Of a stretch of 64,000 nucleotides of DNA, positions 10,583 through 18,521 are shown in pieces (the first letter of the stretch is position 1; each line of letters begins with the position of its first letter). The position numbers and the translations under genes are program-made. The notes below the pieces were generated by a model. The model did not search any database. It saw nothing but the letters and a program-made list of their open reading frames with translations, and was not told where the DNA came from. This stretch comes from an uncultured Verrucomicrobiota bacterium (GTDB lineage Bacteria > Verrucomicrobiota > Kiritimatiellia > CAIQIC01 > Lenti-01): the NCBI GenBank assembly GCA_964399775.1, contig CAYNSH010000006.1, forward strand, positions 3,507-67,506, in the 5' to 3' direction.

Positions 10583-11317
10583 GTGGCCAAAAAGACCAAA
10601 GTGATGGACGGATTCTCCGTCGTGCGCGGGCTCGCGCAGGTTCAGCAGGAGGGCCTCCTGCCGAAGCCTGGCGGGGTGCGTCCGGCGGAAGACCGGTCGT
10701 CGCGTCCGCCGCCCGCAGCCAAACCCGCCGACAGCCCGCATATCGTCAAGACGATCCAGCCCACGAAGCGCACGATCCGCTGCTTTGCCTGCGGCTACGA
10801 GTTCCAGCTCTCCGGCACCACGCGCACCATCTATTGCTCCAAGTGCCGCGAGAAAATCGACATGGGCGATTACGTGATCGATGGCCCATGGTCCGAGGAG
10901 ATCAAGACGGGAGGAAGCGTCATCATCCGGCCGACTGGGCGGCTGGAGGGTGCGCGCATTCTCGCCGGCAACGTGATCCTCGAAGGCGACATGGACGATC
11001 GCTCCAGCATCGAGTGCAACCAGTGGCTGGAGCTGGGCGGTCAGGCCCAGCCGCATCCGCGCCAGCTCACGATGCGCAACCTGCGTATCGCGGCGGGCAA
11101 GGACATGCGTTTCAAGTACAAGCTGCAGGTGCACCATTTGGAACTGCTCGGCACGCTGGAGGCGGATATCGAATCGACGGGGCTGGTGTCGGTCCGCGAG
11201 GGCGGCCACCTGAAGGGCACCGTGCGCGGCGCGCACTTGCAGGTGGAGGAAGGCGGCGGGCTCTCGGCGCGGGTCTTCATCTGGCCGCAGGGCAATCCGC
11301 TCGACGCCAGGGCGTGA
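10583..11317 (+). CDS. Zinc-ribbon protein with bactofilin-like beta-helical C-terminal domain
   Basis: CFACGYEF...CSKCREKI zinc ribbon followed by repeats (GARILAGNVILEGDM..., LLGTLEADIESTGLVSVREGGHLKGTVRGAHLQVEEGG) resembling bactofilin turns. Confidence 0.65.
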   Translation: MAKKTKVMDGFSVVRGLAQVQQEGLLPKPGGVRPAEDRSSRPPPAAKPADSPHIVKTIQPTKRTIRCFACGYEFQLSGTTRTIYCSKCREKIDMGDYVIDGPWSEEIKTGGSVIIRPTGRLEGARILAGNVILEGDMDDRSSIECNQWLELGGQAQPHPRQLTMRNLRIAAGKDMRFKYKLQVHHLELLGTLEADIESTGLVSVREGGHLKGTVRGAHLQVEEGGGLSARVFIWPQGNPLDARA

Positions 11318-11325
11318 GAAACGCC

Positions 11326-12663
11326 ATGGGCGGGCATGTTCACGTCACGGGGGTGGCCGGCGTCGGCATGAGCGCCCTTGCGCAGGCGCTGCGCTGGACC
11401 CACGAGCGCGTGACGGGATCGGACCGCTTCTTCGATCAAGACCCGTCTCTTCCCATCTTTCATGTGCTGCGCGCAGCGGGCGTCGAGATCGTGCCCCAGG
11501 ATGGCCGGGCGATCGATGCCCGTGCCGAAGCCGTGGTCTACAGCACCGCGATCGAAGAGGACAATCCGGATTCCATCGCGGCGCGGAAGCAGGGCGTCCC
11601 CGTGAAGCACCGGGCGGAAATGCTGGCGGAAATGGCGCGGGATCAAACGATCCTGGCGGTGGCCGGTACGGCCGGAAAGACCACCACCGCCGGCATGCTC
11701 GGCTGGATGCTCGAGCAACTGGGGGCGGATCCGACGGTGATCAACGGCGGCGCGCTGGTCGATTGGGCCGGCGCGGCGCAGGTCGGCAACGTGCGCCTTG
11801 GCGGAGAAAACGCCCCGTGGGTGATCGAGGTGGACGAAAGCGATCGCTCGCTGCTGAATTTCCATCCGGAGTGGTCCATTTTGACCAACATCTCGCAGGA
11901 TCATTTTACGCTGGCGGAAGTGCAGGACCTGTTTCGCGCCTACGCGCGCCAGGTGAAGAGGGGCCTGGTCTGCGGCGCGGGGGTGGGGGCGGTTCTGGGT
12001 TCGATTTCGGCCGAGATTCATGAAGTCGCGGCCCGGCCGAGGCAAATGCCCCAAGGCGTGTGCGTGTCGTGGCGCGGCGTGGAATTGACTCTGCGGCAGC
12101 CGGGTCGGCACAACGCGCTCAACGCCGTCTTGGCGGCGGAACTTTGCGCGCGGATGGGCCATGCACCCGAAAAGATCGCCGATGCCCTGTCGCGATTCGG
12201 GGGCATCCAGCGCCGCCTGGAACGGGTGGACGTCGGCGGGCCGGTGCGCGTATTTGACGACTACGCCCACAATCCGGCAAAAATCGCCGCGGCCTGGACG
12301 GCGGTGGCGGAACCCTATCGCCGCGTGCTGGGCGTATGGCGTCCGCATGGCTTTGGCCCCCTGCGCGCGATGCTCGACCCCCTGGCCGAGGCGTTCGCTT
12401 CGGTGTGCCGGCCGGACGACCGGCTCTGGATTTTGCCCGTCTTCGACGCCGGCGGCACCGCCGACCGCTCGATCGGTTCGGAGGCGCTCGTGGCACGGCT
12501 GAAGGCTCTCGGCGTGGCCGCGACCCCCGCCCCCGGATTCGACGAGCTGACCGCTACCCTGTCCGCCGAGGCCCGCCCCGGCGATACCCTCCTCCTCATG
12601 GGCGCCCGCGACCCCCGCCTCCCCGCCTTCGCCCGCCAACTGGGGTCAGGCATTAAGATTTAA
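11326..12663 (+). CDS. Mur ligase family protein, MurC-like paralogue
   Basis: VTGVAGVGMSALAQAL, P-loop AVAGTAGKTTTAGMLGWML, VIEVDESDRS, TNISQDHF, GRHNALNAV and DDYAHNPAKI together show MurC-type spacing. A canonical murC also exists at 35771. The last 7 codons and the stop lie inside the 55-bp palindrome. Confidence 0.8.
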   Translation: MGGHVHVTGVAGVGMSALAQALRWTHERVTGSDRFFDQDPSLPIFHVLRAAGVEIVPQDGRAIDARAEAVVYSTAIEEDNPDSIAARKQGVPVKHRAEMLAEMARDQTILAVAGTAGKTTTAGMLGWMLEQLGADPTVINGGALVDWAGAAQVGNVRLGGENAPWVIEVDESDRSLLNFHPEWSILTNISQDHFTLAEVQDLFRAYARQVKRGLVCGAGVGAVLGSISAEIHEVAARPRQMPQGVCVSWRGVELTLRQPGRHNALNAVLAAELCARMGHAPEKIADALSRFGGIQRRLERVDVGGPVRVFDDYAHNPAKIAAAWTAVAEPYRRVLGVWRPHGFGPLRAMLDPLAEAFASVCRPDDRLWILPVFDAGGTADRSIGSEALVARLKALGVAATPAPGFDELTATLSAEARPGDTLLLMGARDPRLPAFARQLGSGIKI

Positions 12664-12696
12664 GATTTGAAATCTTAAATCTTAATGCCTGACCCC
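12642..12696. repeat. Perfect 55-bp palindrome (27-bp arms) GGGGTCAGGCATTAAGATTTAAGATTT-g-AAATCTTAAATCTTAATGCCTGACCCC; probable terminator / REP-like element
   Basis: The arms are exact reverse complements. The core is AT-rich in GC-rich DNA and contains the tandem heptamer TAAGATT x2. The outer GGGGTCAG...CTGACCCC matches the ends of the IRs flanking the RAYT at 60.1 kb. Confidence 0.85.
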
Positions 12697-12767
12697 GACC
12701 TTCATAAAACGGGCTTGACGGCCCGGGAACTATTCTGTATTGCGTAATACATGATGCGGAGTAGTTC

Positions 12768-13109
12768 ATGATCGAGGGCTGGATCACCCAGTTGCGCAAG
12801 GGGCTGCTGGAGTACTGCGTGCTGCTGGTGCTGCGCCGGGGGGAGAGCTACGGCTATGAGATCGTGCAGGCCCTGAAGCGGATCGAGGACTTGTCGGTTT
12901 CGGAGAGCACGGTCTATCCGATCCTGGGACGGTTGCGCGAGGAGGGCTGCCTGAAATCGCGCGACAAGCCGTCGGACGCGGGGCCGCCGCGCCGCTATTT
13001 TTCGCTGACGCCGCGGGGCAAGGTGCGCCTGGCGGAGATGAACGCGTATTGGCCGATGTTGACGAAGGCGCTGGATGAGTTGAAATCCGGAACGGGGAAG
13101 GAAGCATAA
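12768..13109 (+). CDS. PadR family transcriptional regulator
   Basis: LRKGLLEYCVLLVLRRGESYGYEIVQAL...SESTVYPILGRLREEGCL...RRYFSLTPRG is a canonical PadR winged helix. Confidence 0.9.
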   Translation: MIEGWITQLRKGLLEYCVLLVLRRGESYGYEIVQALKRIEDLSVSESTVYPILGRLREEGCLKSRDKPSDAGPPRRYFSLTPRGKVRLAEMNAYWPMLTKALDELKSGTGKEA

Positions 13110-13112
13110 CAC

Positions 13113-16100
13113 ATGAAGTGGAGCCGTGAGGTGGAGCAGCGGGTCGAGGCGTACCTGCGCGAGGTGGAGCAACGGTTGGCGCACAAGCCGGCGGCCGTGC
13201 GGCAGGAGGTGGTGTCCGGGCTGCGCGACCACATCGCCGAGGCGATGAACCGCGCGCGGGAAAAGGGCGAGGAGGGGTTGCATGTCGCCGAGCGCATCCT
13301 GGCGGAGATGGATCCGCCGGAAACGTTCGCGGAAGCCGCGGCGGAAGTGGCCCTGGGCGCGACCGCGGAACTGGCGCCGGATGTGGAGAAAATCACCGCG
13401 AGGCACTGGTTCGCGCTGGCCGTGGCGTTCCTGCTGGTGAACGCCTACGGCGTCTGGCGCTGGACGTCGCATTTGCCGCCGCGCCCCATCGCGACCGCCG
13501 AGGCGTCTGCCGCGGGCGGGGAGGAACAGGTGTACGATCGCGTGCTGCGCCTGCGCCGGATGGAGCAGGTGGATGTCTCGCCGGAGCGCGAACTGGTGCT
13601 GCGCCTGACGTTCAGCGACCGGCCGGACCGCGAGCAGTTGACGCGCCATCTGAAACTGTCGGCGCCGGGGCAGGGAAAGGTGGACTACCGGCTCATGGGC
13701 GCGGCCGGTCCCAACACCCTGCTGGTCCGCACGGAGTCGGTGCGGTCGGACAAACTGGAATACGCGCTTGCCGCGGGCATGCCCTCGGCGGGGGAGTCGC
13801 GGGTCACGGACAAGACCGAGACCGGTTCGCTGGCGATGCAGATGAATATCCTGCTGCGACGGGTCGAGGCGGAAAGTCCCTCGTTCGATCCGCCCTCGCT
13901 GATTGCCGACTTCAATGCCGCGGCGGACCTGTCCAAGGCGGCGGATTATATTACGATCGAGCCGGAGGTGTCGTTCACGGTGGCGCCGACGCATCGCTGG
14001 CGGTGGGATGGCGTGCGCTTGAACGGGGACTTCCAGCCGGGGGGAATCTATACCGTCACGTTCAAAGAGGGCTTGCCGGCGGCGAACGGGTCCAGCCTGC
14101 CGCAGGATGCGACCCGGACGGTTCATTTTCCGCCGCGCGGGAGGGCGGTGCGCCTGGATTCACCCGGGCGCTACCTGGCGCCCGGAGGCGCGTTGGCCGT
14201 GCCGGTGCTGACCGCGGGGCTGGAGCGTTACGAGGCGCGCCTGAGCCCGGTGATGCCCAACAATCTGGTGCATCTGGCGCTGCGCGAGTCGGGCCGCCTG
14301 AGCTACTGGGGCGGAGCCACGGCCTATCTGACCGGAACCGGCCGCGCGCAAACCAACGCGCTGAAGCGGATGCCGGATGGCTCGCCGACGCCGGCCACGG
14401 TGGCTTTGCGCTCGCTGACAGACGGCGATCCGCGCGGGGTCTATTGGCTGGAGGTGGGGGGCGAGAAGGCCTCGGGCGACAGCCGGCTGCTGGTGGTCTC
14501 GGATCTCGGACTGGCGGCGCGGGTGGATGCCGCCGGCCTGTTGGCATGGGTGAACGAATTGGGGACGGCCGAACCGGTCGCCGGCGCCGTCCTCACGGTT
14601 TTCGCAAACAACAACCAGGTGCTGGCGCGCGGCGAAACCGACGAACACGGTCTCGCCCGGCTCGCGTTGCCCAAGGGGGAGGAGCCGTTCCTTGTGTTGG
14701 CCGAGTCCGCCGGCGATTGGACCTACATTGATTTGGACCGCACGCGCGTGCACCAGGGCGAAGGACTCGAGGGCGTGCCCTATCTGGACGAGGGCCGGAT
14801 CGAGGCAGCGGTCTTCACCGAGCGCGGCGTGTACCGCCCCGGGGAGACCGTGTTTGTCCAGGCGATCGCGCGCAACGACCAGATGCAGGCGCCGCCGCCC
14901 TTCCCGGGGCTGTTGCGCGTGCGCCGCCCCGATGGCCGGATATTCCGCGACATCCCCGTGGAACTGGATGAAGCCGGCTCCGCGACGACCGAGGTCGTGC
15001 TGCCCGAATACCTGCCGACGGGTCGCTATGAATTGGAACTGGCCATGCCGGGCACCCATACGGTGCTGGGCCGGACGAGGGTCTCCATGGAAGACTTCGT
15101 GCCGCCGCAAATCCGCGCCGATGTGGATCCGCCCGAGGGCCGCTTCCGCGCGGGCGACGTCCTCCTGTTCCGGGTGCGCGGCGCGCATCTCTTCGGCGGC
15201 CCCGCCAGCGGTCTGCGGGTCAACGCGGGCGCGACGTTCACGCCCGAGCCCTTCGCCCCGGCCCGCTGGCGAGGCTGGCGTTTCGGCGATGCCGAAAAGA
15301 GCTTTGAGCCGATCGATGTCCAGGTGGGCGCCGGACGGCTGGATGCGGACGGGGCGGGGCAGTTTGACGTGGATACGCGCAAGGCCTGGCGGCCGCCGGC
15401 GGCGCTGAAGGTGCTCCTGCGCGCCACGGTGGTGGAAGCCAGTGGCCGCAGCATGTCGGCCTATGGCTCGGCGCTGATCGATCCCTATCCGTTTTACGTG
15501 GGGATGAAGCCCTCGTGGAACGGGGCGGTGCGCGTGGGCGAAACGCAGCGCGTCGCGGTGGTGCAGGTCGCGCCCGACGGCGAACCCGTCGCCACGGGGA
15601 AACCCCTGGTGTTGACCCTGTCGCGGGTGGCGTGGAATTCCGTGCTGCGCCAGAATCACCGCGGTCGCTACGAATGGGTGTCCGAGCGCGAGGTGATCGA
15701 ACTGCGCAGTGATACGCTGGCGGCCGGCGGGGAGCCGATGGATTGGGAATTCACGGTGGATGGCCCCGGCGACTACATGCTGCTGGCGGCGGACCCCGCT
15801 TCGGGCGCGGCGACGCGGCTATCGTTCCATGCGGCCTCGACCGACCCCTCCTGGGCGGCGTGGAGCCGCGAGAAACCCGGCGTGGTCGAATTGGCCTGGG
15901 ACCGCGACCGCTACCGTCCGGGCGACACGGCCCGCCTGCAGGTGCGCGCGCCCTTCGCCGGCCAGGCGTTGCTGACGATCGAAACCGACCGCGTGCGCGA
16001 GGCGCGAGTCGTCACGCTCGAAAAAAACACCGCCGAGCTCGACATTGCGGTGGAGGAATCGTACTTCCCCAACGCGTGGTGCACGCTGACGATGATCCGT

Positions 16101-18521
16101 CCGGCTCGGGCCGCGGCGGTCTGGAGCGCGCACCGAGCCATTGGCGCCATCGCCCTGCCGGTGGACCGCCCCGAAACCGTCGTGCAGGTCGCGCTGGATG
16201 CGCCCACCCGCATTCGTCCGCAGTCGCCGCTGGCCGGCACGGTCCGTGTCCGCCACGCCGACGGCTCGCCCGCCGCCGGTCGGGTCACGGTGATGGCCGT
16301 GGACGAAGGCATCTGCCTGTTGACCGGCTTCCCGACCCCGGACCCGATGCGGATCTTTGCCGCCCGCCGCGCGCTGGGCGTCAGCGCCTTCGATCTCTAT
16401 GCCGAGCTGATGCCGATTGTCGAGGAATTGCTCGAAAGCGCGCCCGCGCCCGGCGGCGATGGCGAGGGCATGATGCGCGGCCGGTTGAACCCCATCAAGG
16501 CGAACCGCTTCAAGCCGGTTGCGCTCTGGGCGGCCTCCCTGCCGCTGGATGAAAACGGGCGGGCCGCCTTCCATTTGGATGTGCCCGAGTTCAGCGGCGA
16601 ACTGCGCCTGATGGCGGTGGCCTACAACGACCGCCAGACGGGCTCGGCCTCCATGCCCGTTACGGTGAAGCGCGATCTGGTGGTGCAGCCCGCCCTGCCG
16701 CGGTTCCTGGCGATCGGCGACCAGGCCGAAGCGGCCATTCCCCTCCATAACGGCAGCGGGGAGACGCTCTCGGCAATCGTGCGTGCCACCTGCGGCGGCC
16801 CGCTGCGCGCCGAAGTCGCCGAGACACGGGTGGAGATTGCCGCCGGGCAATCCGTCCAAGTAGCCCTGCCGCTGACGGCCGGTCCTGGCCCCGGCAAGGC
16901 GTTGTGCACCATCGAAGTCGTGGCCGGCGAAGAGACCTATCGCGAAACCATCGAACTGGCGGTGCGTCCGGCGGCGGGATTGCGCGTGGAAACCGCGCTG
17001 CGCGTCCTGGCTCCCGGCGAAAGAGCCACCTTTGACGCTCCGGCCGGCTGGCTGCCCGAAGCGTTGATGGTCTCGGGCGGACTCTCCCCCATGCCCTCCG
17101 TGCAGATGGGACGCGCGCTCGACTACGTGGTTCACTATCCCTACGGCTGCCTCGAACAGACCGTATCCGGCGCGTTTCCGCTGCTCTTCGCCGGCGAGTG
17201 GGTCGGGCGGCTTTTGCCGTCGGAGCAGGCCATCGGCGAGATCTCGGCGTGGGTTCCCGCGGCGATCTCGCGCGTGTTCTCGATGCAGCAGGAAGGCGGC
17301 GGCTTTGCGCTGTGGCCGTTCTCGACGGGCACCGGCGAAGAGGTCTCGGCCTATGCGCTGCATTTCCTGGTCGAAGCCGGCGCCGCCGGATTCGATGTGC
17401 CCGCCGGGCCCCTCGATGCCGCGCTCGGCTGGGCGCGCGGACGCCTCGACCGTTCCATCTCGCCCGACACCTCCGAACAGGACTGGACCCGCGAAATGCA
17501 GCTCCGCGCCTACCTCTGCCACATTCTCGCCCTGGCGGGGCGGCCCGATGCCGGCTGGGCGGCGCGCCTGCGCGAGCAGTCCGACCGCCTGAATCCTGCT
17601 GCGCGCGTGCATGTCGCCTCCGCGCTGCTGATCGCCGGCGAACCGCGCCAGGCGGTTGACCTGCTCGAAACCCTGGCCCCGCCGCCGCCGCGCGAACGCC
17701 AGCCCAGCCAACTGCTGGACAGCGATATTCGCGATGCCGCACTGCTGCTTGCCGCCTGGCTCGACATCGAGCCGGAGAATCCCGCCGTGGTGCAATTGGC
17801 CCAGACGTTGCGAGATCGGCAGCGCGACGGGCATTGGGGCAATACGCAGGACAACGCCATGGCGCTGCTCGCCTTCGGCAAGCTGGCCAGCCGACTCCCC
17901 GACGAAGAACAGCCCGTGGCCGGCGAACTCGTCCTGCCCAACGGGCGTACGCAGTCGTTTTCCGGCACCAACGACGTGACCTGGTCGCTGGGTCCCGGCG
18001 AGGGGGGCCCGGTCACGGTTCGCAACGACGGCCCCGGAAGGCTCTATCTATGGGTCCGCCACGAAGGCGTTGCGCTCACGCCCGAAGAGCCGTCAGCCCG
18101 GGGCGTCGCCATCGAACGCGAGTTGTTGGATTTGGCCGGGAATTCCGCGGATCCCGCCCGCCTGTCGCAGGGGGAGATGTTCGTGGTGCGGTTGAGCGTG
18201 GACCCGCGCGGCGGGGCCCTCGACCACCTGGTCATCGAAGACCTCCTGCCGGCGGGGCTGGAGATCGAGAATCCGAATCTCGCCGCCTCGCAGCAGGTCA
18301 CCTGGCTGCAGCGGCGCGAGGAAAACGACCGCTATCGCGACGCGCGCGACGACCGCATGCTGATATTCACCGGCCATCTGTCCGAGAAGACCGTCTATCA
18401 CTACGCGGTGCGGGCGGTCACGCCCGGCGTCTTCGCCCTGCCGCCGGTCGTCGTCTCCGGCATGTACCAGCCCGAAATCCGCGGGGTCGGCGCCGGCGGA
18501 GAAGTGCGCGTGGTGCCGTGA
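13113..18521 (+). CDS. Bacterial alpha-2-macroglobulin family protein with an N-terminal DUF1700/HAAS-like domain and TM anchor
   Basis: 1802 aa with the thioester motif GCLEQ at 17148..17159 (HYPYGCLEQTVSG) and many MG-domain-like repeats. The N-terminal 80 aa (VEAYLREVEQRL...VVSGLRDHIAEAM...ILAEMDPPETFAEAA) look like DUF1700. TM segment HWFALAVAFLLVNAYGVWRW lies near 13395..13454. Confidence 0.9.
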   Translation: MKWSREVEQRVEAYLREVEQRLAHKPAAVRQEVVSGLRDHIAEAMNRAREKGEEGLHVAERILAEMDPPETFAEAAAEVALGATAELAPDVEKITARHWFALAVAFLLVNAYGVWRWTSHLPPRPIATAEASAAGGEEQVYDRVLRLRRMEQVDVSPERELVLRLTFSDRPDREQLTRHLKLSAPGQGKVDYRLMGAAGPNTLLVRTESVRSDKLEYALAAGMPSAGESRVTDKTETGSLAMQMNILLRRVEAESPSFDPPSLIADFNAAADLSKAADYITIEPEVSFTVAPTHRWRWDGVRLNGDFQPGGIYTVTFKEGLPAANGSSLPQDATRTVHFPPRGRAVRLDSPGRYLAPGGALAVPVLTAGLERYEARLSPVMPNNLVHLALRESGRLSYWGGATAYLTGTGRAQTNALKRMPDGSPTPATVALRSLTDGDPRGVYWLEVGGEKASGDSRLLVVSDLGLAARVDAAGLLAWVNELGTAEPVAGAVLTVFANNNQVLARGETDEHGLARLALPKGEEPFLVLAESAGDWTYIDLDRTRVHQGEGLEGVPYLDEGRIEAAVFTERGVYRPGETVFVQAIARNDQMQAPPPFPGLLRVRRPDGRIFRDIPVELDEAGSATTEVVLPEYLPTGRYELELAMPGTHTVLGRTRVSMEDFVPPQIRADVDPPEGRFRAGDVLLFRVRGAHLFGGPASGLRVNAGATFTPEPFAPARWRGWRFGDAEKSFEPIDVQVGAGRLDADGAGQFDVDTRKAWRPPAALKVLLRATVVEASGRSMSAYGSALIDPYPFYVGMKPSWNGAVRVGETQRVAVVQVAPDGEPVATGKPLVLTLSRVAWNSVLRQNHRGRYEWVSEREVIELRSDTLAAGGEPMDWEFTVDGPGDYMLLAADPASGAATRLSFHAASTDPSWAAWSREKPGVVELAWDRDRYRPGDTARLQVRAPFAGQALLTIETDRVREARVVTLEKNTAELDIAVEESYFPNAWCTLTMIRPARAAAVWSAHRAIGAIALPVDRPETVVQVALDAPTRIRPQSPLAGTVRVRHADGSPAAGRVTVMAVDEGICLLTGFPTPDPMRIFAARRALGVSAFDLYAELMPIVEELLESAPAPGGDGEGMMRGRLNPIKANRFKPVALWAASLPLDENGRAAFHLDVPEFSGELRLMAVAYNDRQTGSASMPVTVKRDLVVQPALPRFLAIGDQAEAAIPLHNGSGETLSAIVRATCGGPLRAEVAETRVEIAAGQSVQVALPLTAGPGPGKALCTIEVVAGEETYRETIELAVRPAAGLRVETALRVLAPGERATFDAPAGWLPEALMVSGGLSPMPSVQMGRALDYVVHYPYGCLEQTVSGAFPLLFAGEWVGRLLPSEQAIGEISAWVPAAISRVFSMQQEGGGFALWPFSTGTGEEVSAYALHFLVEAGAAGFDVPAGPLDAALGWARGRLDRSISPDTSEQDWTREMQLRAYLCHILALAGRPDAGWAARLREQSDRLNPAARVHVASALLIAGEPRQAVDLLETLAPPPPRERQPSQLLDSDIRDAALLLAAWLDIEPENPAVVQLAQTLRDRQRDGHWGNTQDNAMALLAFGKLASRLPDEEQPVAGELVLPNGRTQSFSGTNDVTWSLGPGEGGPVTVRNDGPGRLYLWVRHEGVALTPEEPSARGVAIERELLDLAGNSADPARLSQGEMFVVRLSVDPRGGALDHLVIEDLLPAGLEIENPNLAASQQVTWLQRREENDRYRDARDDRMLIFTGHLSEKTVYHYAVRAVTPGVFALPPVVVSGMYQPEIRGVGAGGEVRVVP

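Noticed and set aside
9844-10599. N-terminal extension of the lplA ORF to 524 aa
   Set aside because: The extension has no similarity to lipoate ligases and runs antisense through the bactofilin gene. The Met at 9843 gives a normal LplA/LipM-length catalytic domain.
10576-11325. N-terminal extension of the Mur ligase ORF (695 aa)
   Set aside because: It overlaps the zinc-ribbon/bactofilin-like CDS in another frame and is Arg-rich junk. Mur-ligase similarity begins at the Met at 11326.
12702-17834. Minus-strand ORFs of 474, 499 and 671 aa opposite the alpha-2-macroglobulin gene
   Set aside because: These are Arg/Pro/Gly-rich translations lying entirely within a CDS that has a thioester motif and a consistent domain pattern on the other strand.
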